DNA from: Nymphaea colorata | Taxonomy: Eukaryota | Assembly: GCF_008831285.2 (NCBI RefSeq) | Contig: NC_045138.2 | Span: 7,378,001-7,442,000 of the forward strand | Direction: 5' to 3' | DNA length: 64,000 nt | Shown here: one piece after another, positions 13,636 to 25,331 of the stretch | Layout: each line of letters starts with the position of its first letter | How positions within the stretch are numbered: position 1 is the stretch's first letter | Made by a program: the position numbers and the translations under genes | Notes under the pieces: generated by a model | Told to the model about the DNA's origin: nothing | The model's input: the letters and a program-made list of their open reading frames with translations, nothing else | Databases searched by the model: none

Positions 13636-15027
13636 GATTGGGTTTGGCAAGAAAAGTAGGATCCAATCGACGATGAATTGGATCTGAATACTGTACGTAT
13701 GTATCTCTGGATCCAAGACTGAAATCCTGCAAAAAATTTATTTACGTGAAGAACATTAGTCTGGAGTTGATTAATTAGTTGGATTCAATATTGGTTTTAG
13801 AAAATGCTAACCAGGTTCAATCTACATTCAGACAATGACCAAAATTAGGTCAGACAAATACACACTGAATTGCGCATTTTGGTCTCAGGATTAACTCTTG
13901 ATGCAGGCCAACCCCAGATTCTATGTAATAATAGTAATTAGCCGATCGATGACCCGGTTGTGAGCGTTTATGTTGTCAGAATTGGCCCGAATCAGGCATT
14001 CCAATCAAATTGATGGCTGACAGATTCAATTAATTATGTGGTCGATTCAAGGGTGTCACATGTCAATTTTTTTTAACTATTATTGAGATATTCAAACATT
14101 TTTATATTTTGACAGATCTTTATACTATTTATTAATTTTCCAAATTCTTTAAAAATATTTTTGGACCGCGCACAACCTATACGTTAAGCTCAGGCAGTGA
14201 GTCGGCTGATTCTTTGAATCAGCAGCCTCATGCATTTACTTGTAAATTTTAAAAAAATTCACTTATTTCATGTAAAAATTTTGAAAGTTGATATTTCAGT
14301 TTTAATAAAAAATTTAGAAATTTTAAATCCACTCGCCTCATGAAAAATTTCTAGTTCCGCCCCTGATTGCATGAACCATTTCTATGCTTTTCTCCTACAA
14401 AAATATTTTGCATTTGGTGGGCACTACGATATATACTTGGCCGGACTACGAACGCATTGAGAAGGTCCTCAAATATATGGTTTGAGCAGCTTGTTTAACC
14501 CTCTCGTAAAAAGAAATTATTAGATGTTGTGGACCTAAACTAGCAAACCTGAGTAAGCAAAAGCAAGGGCAGAGCCAGAATTTTTGTCTTCAGAGGCCGA
14601 ACCATTAAAAAACTGGCTTTCAATGGGCCTAATATATTTTATTAATCATTTTTATGGGGGCCGAAATGCATTTTTTTTAAATTTAAACATGTAATACTTA
14701 AATTACTAAAATCTGAGGGAGGACCATGGCCCCTTGGGCTATGGGAGTAAGGTTATTTTATGCTTTGCCTGTGTAAAGGTTCTTCGTAGCTCTCACTGAA
14801 ATGGCAAAACTACAAGGACAAAATGGGAAAACTCTAAAGAAAATATGAGATTGTATGTGGTTCATATGGGACCAAGTTCAAATGTGGTTATTGGCTAAGA
14901 ATGCAGTTGGATGTTGTGTTGATCATGAGTTGAATGTTTCCAACCGCTATACATGGTGTCTATATAGTAATTGTTGCTCCCCCAAACTGAACTCCATAAT
15001 GCTTCATTGAGAAAAATATTTGCGCGT

Positions 15028-15263
15028 AATGGCATCAATAGGTCGAGTTCGAATTGGATATACCCTTAATGATATTCATTTTTTCGAATATTAACATATT
15101 CTAATTCAAATTCAAACAAAGAAAAGTCATAACTGAATCCGAATCCGAAATCCGATTTCACAATCCAAATATGATCCTTGACCAATTTTTAAATATAAGA
15201 CCATTAGATAGAGAATATTTATTTTAAATTAAATCTGATCTAAATATGAATCCAAATCCGATT

Positions 15264-15341
<78 letters not shown>

Positions 15342-15418
15342 TTTTTTTTTCACAACTGATTTTCTCAAAACGATTCAGTCAGATATCCGATCCAAATCAG
15401 ATGTGTTGACATCTCGAT
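15028..15418. mobile_element. Degenerate non-autonomous hAT-like element with GAATCCGA subterminal repeats and a (TA)n tract
   Basis: Repeated (G)AATCCGA/ATCCGAT motifs; right end TTGACATCTC resembles the TTGACATCCTTA end at 21745; (TA)n at about 15266-15338. Confidence 0.55.
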
Positions 15419-15842
15419 TTACTTGAATTTCTCAATTCATCTGCATTAAGCTAAAAAGTAAGTTTAGATAGTAAATATATCATGAACGGTCCTTGAAACA
15501 TCTACGAAAATCCCAAGTGCTATTTTAGATCAATTTAAATGCAGTGAATTAAGAAGAATTAGAAAAGATTTCAATACCCTAACTCGATTTTTCCCATGTA
15601 TATGTTCATCAGACTTTATTTCATAAAGGCATGGATGCACCCTCCCTTTATGAACTGTACATTGTATGTATGTTTTGTTATTGGTCAGCAGTTAATATTC
15701 CAAGGGTCACTTGTATCCTAAACCTAAATAGCGAAGATTTGGATTAAAATTCAATGTAGAATCCAATAACATTACTATTGGTTGGCCTAGTCAGTTCCCA
15801 CAGTACTCATTTCACAAGATCCAAAAAAAAAAACCTACATTA

Positions 15843-15960
15843 GGGGTCATTTGGCAACAAATGGTTACAAGAACATTTTGTCGGAATGCTTCATGAATTT
15901 GTCCCATTTTTTAGGGCAGATTCATGAGACAACAATGTGTAACTACTGCCAAACAAACCC
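15843..15960. mobile_element. Tourist-like (PIF/Harbinger) MITE
   Basis: TIRs GGGGTCATTTGGCA / TGCCAAACAAACCC, flanked by TTA on both sides. Confidence 0.7.
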
Positions 15961-16067
15961 TTAGACCCATATATAGTCCTGGACTTAGTAGATCTAATAC
16001 ACAGTAAACCTGAACTTTATGATCATGCCTATATTCAAATGAATCAAACGAGTAGCTTGGTTTTCTC

Positions 16068-16325
16068 TAAGGGTGGGCATTGGGCCGGGCCGGGGCCCTG
16101 CCCGGCCTAATAGCCGCGTCTCGGCCCGGGCCCAGCCCGGTCCGGCCCCTTTAAAAATAAAAAATAACTTTTTAATTATAAATAAATTTTTTAAATATAA
16201 AATATATTTATTAATAATAAATATATATTATTAAAAAAATTAAAAAATATATATTTTTTAAACTTAAACAGGCCAAACCGGGCCGGGCCGGGCCGAGTGG
16301 CGGCCCGGCCCAACGCCTACCCTTA
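16068..16325. mobile_element. hAT-type MITE (TAGGGTGGGCA family)
   Basis: TIRs TAAGGGTGGGCA / CGCCTACCCTTA; GGCCCGG subterminal repeats; 8-bp TSD GTTTTCTC/GTGTTCTC. Confidence 0.88.
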
Positions 16326-18369
16326 GTGTTCTCTAAACCTAGCCCAAACAAACCTGTGGACATGGTTGGGCAAGCTGACCCAATATATTGATTTGAAGAC
16401 CCGCCCTACAATCTATTGACCAATTGATGGCTAGATTGGATTGAGCTAATGTTTGAAGAACTTGCTCTAGATTCATCAAATTTAGAGGAGATGATAAAGA
16501 AGATTTTGGATGGATTTTGACTATACGGCACAGTTTCTCTCTCCTCACATGGAGGCCAGTAAACATCACTATACACACACACACAAAATGTATGGGGATC
16601 CTTGATACTTGTAATATGTTTTTTATTTTCTATAGTTCTCTTCACTTCAAAATATAGACAAAGGAAAAAATAGAAATCCTCCACTTTCAATGGAGAAAAT
16701 AGAAAGCCTTATCTTTTTTATTATGCTAGCTGACACATGCTGCTCTGGTTCAACTTGTCTCTCTTTTGCCGCATAGTCTTTTCTTTTCAATTGTTGCACC
16801 AACCAGTCATTTGCAACACTATTCAATCCTCGCTTTCTTCTTTCCATCAACACCATTCCATTGGACGCATATGACACTGGATGTGACCTAGTTTGATGAC
16901 ATATGAAATCAAGGGAGATGGCCACCTCTGTGCAGGAAAAGCCCAAAGCCAATCCGAAGAAACAGTCAAAGCTTCATATGTGCGAAGTAAATCTTTAGAT
17001 AATAATTTCAGTCAATACTTCAATCACTACCATTACCATAAAAAAACTGTAATTGATTGAAATATATTCTAAAAAAATACCACATACAAAAGCAGCAGGT
17101 GTCGTCTGTCTTTTGATATCAGAGCTTGAGAGTATTGTCACTACATAGTCTAGTTATCAGTGTTTGGCAGTCGTCTTCATCAAGTGATCACCTAAGTCGT
17201 CACCTAATCAACCCATTCTTCCCATATCTTGGCCTTAATCTTGCGTCACTGATTTAGTCATCTTTAGCTGTTGCTAGGCCTATTTTTAATATTTAATAAA
17301 ATATAATCTGCCGTATTGCTAAATACATTAAAAGGTCAGGTCAGAATCAAACTAATTTGGTGGCGCACTTTGAAGACATGTCATGTGGGCACCCATCAAC
17401 CAACCAGCTATACTCAATCAGACTAATTATAATAAACTAATTATAAAGAAAAAGGTAACAAAATGATCTGACCCATTTTGGGGTTCGATCTTAATTGGCA
17501 TTGACCTAAAGGAGTAGTGTTTTAGGTGATCGGTCGTGAGGAGACAAAGTGAACATGGACGACTGTCAAATTTTTTGACTTATTTGGTCTTTATTTTTAA
17601 AAAAAGTTATCAGCGGCTTCTTGGATTGGAAAGATAAACGGCTTCCAAGAATTTACCAGCAGAGACTTGCTTTCGACCGTCCGTTGATGCTGATCTAAAT
17701 TACTATCGGAACATTTTCCTCCAAAACAAAAAATTATAAAGTAAAAGCTCTCTTTTGCGAAAACAATTTTCGTTATTTTTATGTTTTAAAGACATCCTAC
17801 CGAAACAATCATTCTGATTTGATTAAGGCCGCATCTTGTCTGCACATCAAGTAAAAAGGCAAATAGAATATGTTCTTAAATAAATGTCACGACCAAACAA
17901 TTTAAATTGTGACCGCATTCTTGTGTCCTATATAGCATAAGAAAATGAATGACGGGCTTGGTGCATTGGCTCGTACTGTTGTCACAAATATCATTTTTTT
18001 AAGAAAATATCAAAGAGGTTTTTATGGGGTATTTTTTTAAAGTAAAGTTTTTTTTCTGAGAAAAATTAAAAAAAAATCTCAGTAAATTTTAAAAATAAAA
18101 AATCTTCATATTTACAAAACAATAAAATGAATGAAAAAATAACAAAAAGTGAAAAAGGCCAAACATTCCTAAAAATCACGAGAAAATCACAAGATATTTA
18201 TTTTTTTAGATTTTCTTGATATTTTCAATTTTAGTTGTTTTTCTTGTAAATATGGTGAAAATTTTGAAAATTTCGACTTATACAACTGGTTGGTAGGTCA
18301 TTGGTCATTAGTTAAAATTACATGGGCCCTATCCACTTCAAAAACAAAGCAGCTCTGGATCCATAGAAA

Positions 18370-19076
18370 TAGGGGTGGGCATCGGGTCGGGTCGAGTTAG
18401 AAACCTGAGCCCAGGCCCGGCCCGATATCCCGAGTCCCGGCCCGAGTAGGCCCGTCGGGCCAGAAACCCGAGCCCGGGCCCAGCCCGGGCCGGCTCGGGT
18501 CAGCCCGTCTGCCCGGCCCAGCCTGATGGGGGAAGGGGGAAGGTGGGAAGGCCGATGGGGGAAGGGGGAAGGTGGGAAGGCAGGGAAGGGGGAAACAGAG
18601 GGGGAAGCCCAATTGGGGAAAAGGGAACTGGGAAGAAGGAGAGATGGAGGGGGGGAAGAAGGAGAGACGGAGGGGGGAAGGGGGAAGAAGGAGAGACGAA
18701 GAGGGGGAAGGGGAAAGGGGGGAAGGCCGATGGGGGAAGGCGGGAAGGGAGGAAGAGAGGGGGAAGGGGGAAGCCCAATTCCCCCATCGGCCTTCCCGCC
18801 TTCCCCCTTGGGGCCGGGCCGGGCTGATGGGGGGGCGGCGGAGAGGCAGATGGGAGGGGGATAGGGGGGAAGAAGGGGGATGGGGAACTGGAGGAGGAGG
18901 ACTAAGAGGAAAGGAGGAGGAGGAGGAAGGACAGGCGGAGGAGGAGGACAGACGGGCGGAGGAGGAGGAGAGTTTGCAAATTTTTTTTTTTTAAAAATAG
19001 TTTTTTAATATAAATGGGCCGAATCGGGCCCGGGCCAGGTTTTTTTCGAGCCGGGCCGGCCCGTTGCCCAGGCCTA
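18370..19076. mobile_element. hAT-type MITE (TAGGGTGGGCA family) with G-rich purine interior
   Basis: TIRs TAGGGGTGGGCA / TGCCCAGGCCTA; TSD CATAGAAA/CATAGAAG; absent from the paralogous site at about 26244. Confidence 0.9.
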
Positions 19077-19521
19077 CATAGAAGATTAAAAATAATATAT
19101 AGAAGAGGAGCACACTTTGAGCACTAAAAGATAAGTGGATGCATTATTTGAACAAAACCAAATATGAAGCGATTATGTTTTCACGTACTCATGCGTCAAT
19201 GTTTTTTGTGCATGCCCGACAATAAATGTGGACACGATGCCAAGAGGAAGTGTACATTAAAGAAAAAAGAAAGCAGATTTTATTATTAATGTCCCTTCCA
19301 ACACAAGGAAAATGCAGAAACGTGGCATGAGTTGCTTAAAGATCAAGTTATGATCTAGTTGCCTTTGGGAATAATACACATTGTTACTGTTTCATAAATA
19401 TATCTCAAAAAAAAAAAAGTTGAAACACATTTACATGACAATAACGTGTTGCTATTGCCCAAAAAGCCCGTTCAATATTAAGTTGGTGGTTGATTTGAAA
19501 TCCACAGGTTGTAGGGTCTCG

Positions 19522-21745
19522 TTGTGGATTTCGTTTGGATTTACATTATGGGATCGGATATACCTTTTTTCATATTCGATTTTTTGGATATTTAAAATCT
19601 ACATCCGAATACGATTTTTAGTTATACTTGAATCTTTTTTAGTTATACTTGAATCCGAATCCGATCCGAATTTTAATTATATTTGAATCCAAACTTAAAG
19701 CGTTGGTGTCCTCACCTTTTGAAGCTCTGACCTATGAATGGTTGGGCAAAAGGTTTACTCAAACACACCAACTTAAAGTTATAATAATAAATAATATAAA
19801 TTGTATATGAAATGATATAATCTGATTAAGAGGTAATGTCTTTTATGTAGTTAAATATAATAATAGTCAAATAATTACTATATTACAATTTAACTTAAAG
19901 AATTTAAAATTATATCACATAAAACTAATTAATAATTCATATTGTATTTTAATTAAACCTTTTTGTGTAAACAAGCAAACTATTATAGTTAAGACTAAAC
20001 AATATATCTTAAATAATGTATTTATATTAATAAAAAAACTTGTATCAAGATTCATATTGTATTTTAATTAAACGTTTTTGTGTAAACAAGCAAACTATTA
20101 TAGTGAAGACTAAACATTATATCTTAAATAATGTATTTATTTAATTAACATTAATAAAAAATTTGTATGAAGAAATTTCAATAAAATGAGTATTTTTAAA
20201 AATATGAATATTAATCACAAAAAAATATATTTAATGTGAAATAGTCGTTGCTAAGTTTATCATATATAAAAAAAATTAAAAAAATATGTTTTGGCTTCAC
20301 TTAAAATTGTATAAAATTGTATAATTACTACAATGATATATAAAATAGTTTATTAAATCGAACAATTTGTTCTTTTCCTACTAAGTTAAATGTTTTTGTT
20401 TTCAAGTTTATGAATTATGTGTTATATATAAAATACCTATAACTTTTTGAATGAATTATATGATTATATAAAATAATTTATTTGATTGATTAAATAAGTA
20501 AATTAATAATTTGATAGATTTTTTTATGTGTTTAGTAGTTTTTTGATATTAAATATATTTATTTGAAACAATGAAAATGCTTTCAACTTAAAATGAATAT
20601 CATAATGCGTTTGAGATTTTTATTTATTATAAAACATATTTTTTATATGATTTCTATATTTTTTTCACAAATTTTTCATATGATTTGTTTTTTCATAAGT
20701 TATTCTCATGACATATCATACTCTTTTCATATCAATTGTGCATATTGAACATTGATTTGATTATTTTTAAATAATAACATATTTTGCTGGAGTAAACTAT
20801 TATTTGATGATATCACTTATTGAAAATTATTAAATCAAGTGACCTACATTATTTTTTATTTCATAAAGACATTATTTAATGTTTTTTTCTAATTTCATTG
20901 AGTTGATTAAAAGACTTTTGTTTCATATCTGTAAAAATAGTGTTTTAATGATGTCAAACATTCATTCTTCCACATCCTCACTAACTTTTTTGGGTTAGTC
21001 CTCTTAGCTTTATTGCAATAAGTGATAAATTTGTATTATTTAATCAAATCATATAATTTATTAAATCAAAAAATTTATTAAATAAAAAAATTTATTATTT
21101 TTCTACTATTTAAAGGTTTTTGTTTTTAAATTTGTGAATTATGTTTTGTATATCAAATCCTAAGACTTTTGAACATATTATATGATTATACAAAATAATT
21201 TACTTAATTAATTAAATAAATAATTAATAATTTGATAAATAAAACTTTTAAATACTTTAAGTAAAATAGTGTATATGATAACTATTTGACTATTATTATA
21301 TGCAACTTCATGGAAGTCATTACCTCTTAATCAGATTATACGTTCATATACAATTCATATTCTTATTGAGTCAGAACATTAAGTTGGTGCATTTGGTTAG
21401 TCCTTATATTAAGTCACAGTTCGGATTCGGATTTCGGATTTCGAATTCGGATATCAACTCATGGTTTGGATTCAGATATCAAGCTGTAATTCGAATTCAG
21501 ATATCAACTCAGGATTCAGATATACGGTTAAGTATCTGATCAGATATTTACTTAAAACCGAATCTGAATCCGTATCTGATCGGATAAAATGGTTGAGTAT
21601 CCCATCGGATATTTACTTAAAACCGAATCTGAATCCGAATCCAATCCGATTTTCTTATTCGGATGTTAAATTGCTTACCTTATCCGATTTTCTAAAGGCA
21701 TTTCAGATGGATATCCGATCCGAATCCGCTCTGTTGACATCCTTA
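19522..21745. mobile_element. Non-autonomous hAT-like element (GAATCCGA repeats), left end truncated, with an AT-rich long-inverted-repeat interior
   Basis: Dense TCCGAATCCGA/TTCGGATT repeats at 19522-19690 and 21420-21730; right end TTGACATCCTTA; inverted repeats at about 19760-19880 and 21270-21395. Confidence 0.65.
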
Positions 21746-21756
21746 GGGGTGATCAT

Positions 21757-21924
21757 CAGGGGCGGAGCAAGGATTTTTTTAAGAGCGAGCCAAACGGTCC
21801 AACGAACTTATTCGAGTAGTGTCAAACTAAACTCGGCTTCAAAAAATACATTACGTAACTAAAATTTTTTAATTTTTTTAATGTAATTTTTTTTTCCAAG
21901 GTGAGCCCCCTTCTCCTGCCCCGG
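21757..21924. mobile_element. Small hAT-type MITE (CAGGGGCGGA family)
   Basis: TIRs CAGGGGCGGAG / CTCCTGCCCCGG; perfect 8-bp TSD GTGATCAT at 21749-21756 and 21925-21932. Confidence 0.85.
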
Positions 21925-23423
21925 GTGATCATCAAATCCGAAACTTTTAACTAACTGCATCTAAAAAACCAAACATATCTAGCTCAGCCATCTTAACCTG
22001 CTTTCCATGTTTGATGTATCACCTGAGTTTTAGGTGCTTTCAAAGTGATAGTTGTTTTAACTTATAACAGACTGACTATCAACAGTAAGTTAAAAGGAGT
22101 CCTATTTGTGTTCGGCACAAAAATATACAGTAACGCGTTGTAGCGGAATTGCAGTGATAGTTTTCACCCACAACTTGTTTATCAAAAGAAACATCGATAA
22201 AACTTTTACGGGTCATTTCTACAAACATTTTCTAACCGTTGGTAATATACTTATTTTTTGTAGTGAACTGATTTACAATTAGGTCAATTTTTGTTCTTTG
22301 TCTATGAGCGATGAAGTCTCGCAACTTTTGCAATAAATTTTGTCGCAAATACAGTTTCTTAGTTGAAATAAAAAGGGAGAAAAAAGTACTCATACCTCTT
22401 ATATTACCTAGTAAATGTTGCGTAGAAATCATAGTAATAAAAAGCATGTTTTTAAAAGAAAAAACATATTAAAAACGTGAAAAATAAGTCAAAAGGGATT
22501 AAAAACACCATTTTTTTAAAAAGCCAAAAGGAAAAAAATGTAAAAAAAAACAATATTTCCACAATTTTTGTGCTATTTTATTATTTTAGGAGTTTTTTTT
22601 ACCTTTTTAATGCAAACTTCTTGTTTCTATTTTCTAAGTTATATTTGTTACTTATTTGTTGAGGTTGCCTTATTAGTTCTCATTTAGTTTATTTTCCATC
22701 TTTTTTAAAAAATTATTAAATTTGAGAAAAATGACCATATATTTCATTTTTTTCCCTATTTGTTTCAAATAGGAATATTATCCCAGGTCCAAAGTTCCTC
22801 TTCTGTTTCTTATTCTAGAATAATAATTTCAGTAACCACATTTCCATGTTTGTTACCTCTTACCAGAGCGTATCGGTCGATACTGATTGGAATGTCAGTT
22901 TGCGGACACGCTTATAACTTTTTATATTTAAAATTAATTTCAAAAATATGATAATTGACTGTCAACCACCTGTACATAGTTTAAAAACTAATTTAACCTA
23001 ATAAATTAGTTCTATTCATTTTTCACTACTGAATCAGCAGATGCATGACTGTGCCGACCTATAAGAACCGATTCAACGGATGCGATACGAGTCAAAATTT
23101 AATAGCAGCAGTTGAGCCCCACCGACCACCGGAAAACCACCAGTCCGCCATGAAAATGCTAAGCATGCAGAACGGTAGCTGTTTTAAATAATGATCGAGC
23201 AAGCGATTTAACAGTGAAGGAGAGAAGGTTTGGGTAACAGCTGCAATCTGCATTCAATTACTACTGCAATAGTTGAATCTCGTCTGATAATCAAAAGGCA
23301 AACAAACAGAAGAACCAAAAACAAAAACAGAGTCCTCCATGAAAACAAAGTGTTCCCCATAAAAAACAAGGCATTATGGTACAGACGGTAACCACCCGGC
23401 CGGCCAGCCTGCCGCCGACTAAC

Positions 23424-24005
23424 TCACTGGTGGACTACAACCACATCGTACTGTACGGTGACATCGAAGGTGGCGTTGTCGATCAAGTGGGTCCTGAGCA
23501 GGGCATAGCCGCGGGCCATCCGGAGGACCGGAAGGCGCCGCTGCCGCCGACGACTGGCATCTCCCTCACCTTGTGCAGCACCGGGTTCCGGCCCATGATG
23601 CTGAGGGTGCTGCCATTGTACCTCCCCGCCGTGAACACCACGTTCATGTCCATCAGAAGCCCTGGATCCTGCTGCGCCGCCGACGCGTAGAACCCCTGGC
23701 ACCTCCCCACTTGCTTCGATGTCAGCTCCGGCCCCTCCGTCAGGACATTGTCGATCATCTGGACTTTGCCGAAGGAAGAAGTGGAGGCTGCGCCTTTTAC
23801 GATGGTGATGCTGGTAGGGTTCTTACCGCTCACCACGTCGTGCCAGGAGAAGCGGAAACGGGTCACCTTCTCTTCCCTCGGCGGCATTGCTCTTGCCTCT
23901 TGGTAATGGGTGGCCGGGAACGTTGGCCCCGGCGAAGGTGGCAGTGGTGATGAAGAGGAAGAGCATGAACAACAGCAAGGATTTACGAAGGAAGCTTCTG
24001 TCCAT
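23424..24005 (-). pseudogene. DIR: Dirigent pseudogene (DIR2) with +7 bp and +8 bp frameshifts; an upstream in-frame ATG exists at 24041
   Basis: Three overlapping ORF pieces (MDRSFLRK.., MPPREEK..GGSGAFR, RMARGYA..VVVVHQ) together form a complete paralog of DIR3. Insertions lie within 23889-23903 and 23519-23534; the first causes a stop at 23823. Confidence 0.92.
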
Positions 24006-24867
24006 GGCGGTGTTTGGCAACTTGAGGCAGCAGAGGAGCATGGGTGCTTTTAGCGTCTCTCATGTTAGCATTTTACAGGAAAATTTTAGAGAGTGAGAGG
24101 ATGGTGGAGATGGGCTTTTGTTTTAGAAGGCTCGCTTTTATTTTCAGCTTTCAGTTCTCTGTGTTATTTTCGTATTTATGGAGAATTTGTAACAGGAAGA
24201 TAGACTTCGGTGCATGAACAAGAATGTGAGAGGTTTGGGAGAAAAGAATTCCAGCCTTATTTTAGGCAATTTACACTTCAACGAGAGTGACGAGATGATT
24301 TTTTTTTTCTTTGGGCCATAAATGGTGACCACTCGTTTTGGTTGGTGGGTGTGGCAAGTCGTTCACGGCCATAGATACTTGTGAAAGTTACAGTTTTACT
24401 AAGCTGATTTTCTTTTGTCCTCTATCTTCCAACTTTTGCTGGGAACCAATGATCCTCCTAAGGTTCTAACGGTTTATTGATGGCCTCTGTTTTGTATAAC
24501 ACTGTATAATTGTTATATAAAAATTTGAAATCAGTCGGCATGTCTGTAGTTGAATGGTTATTTTTTTTTTATTTTGTATTGTAAAAGTCACCATCAAATG
24601 TAATGTAGGTAGTTAAACAACTGGTTGTTGGAAATGCATCTTGCTTGCTTGATGGTCTTTTATATAGATATAAATATATATCTGTGCTCACTCAAAAGGA
24701 CCGTCCAATTCATTTCTTATAAATGGTTGTGGAAAAAGTAATGAAAAAAAGTGAGAACTAATAGTATATAATAAAAATGCCAATCGCTTTTTTTTTTTTT
24801 TTTTTTACATTTCTCTCAATAGTTTATCCTAATGAATCAAACAGCTCTTTTGAATGAGTCAAGTATA

Positions 24868-25331
24868 CCAGTGTTCACGAGCGGGTTCGAGCTGAATTGG
24901 GCCAGCTTGAACTCGGCTCGTGTGTCTTGAGAGAAACTTGGACTCGGCTCGAGTTTGACTCCAATTCAATTTCATTAGCTCGAACTCGAGCTCGACTCGA
25001 GTTCTTCTCGAACTTGGCTCGAGTTCTTAAAACTCAAACTTGACTCGAGCCGAAGATTGTCTTGAGTTGTGCCAAGCATTTCATTAAAAAATTATTTTTA
25101 AAAATGAAGAGGTACACTACGTGTACACTCATTTGACCAATCTACTTTTTTCGATAATTTTATGAGACGTATTTTATATATTTCTTTTTTTCGAGCCTCG
25201 CCAAGTTTAACCGAGTCGAGCCCACTTAACTGAGCACGACTCGTTTAAGTTGTCGAGTTCATTTCTTAACTCAAAGTCTGCTCGTTTAATAAACGAGTCT
25301 AGTTCAAATAGCGAGTTCATTGAACAGCCCA
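24868..25331. mobile_element. hAT-type MITE (CGAGCTCGACTCG subterminal family) upstream of DIR2
   Basis: Ends GTGTTCACGAGC / GTTCATTGAACAGCCC; many CTCGAG/ACTCG repeats; same family as 57666-58081; not seen at the matching position in unit B. TSD not evident. Confidence 0.75.

Noticed and set aside
16339..16952. Minus-strand ORFs and exon-like segments
   Set aside because: No recognisable protein motif or consistent frame; cannot be supported without a database search.
17113..17126. PBS-like TGATATCAGAGC
   Set aside because: No adjacent LTR end or retroelement coding sequence that I could identify.
18397..18994. Several Gly/Arg/Glu- or Pro-rich ORFs
   Set aside because: Translations of the low-complexity G-rich MITE interior.
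23483..23887. 134-aa ORF as a functional short dirigent, or +7/+8 as compensating frameshifts
   Set aside because: It lacks the signal peptide and the final beta-strands. The net +15 does not rescue the gene because a stop at 23823 follows the first shift.
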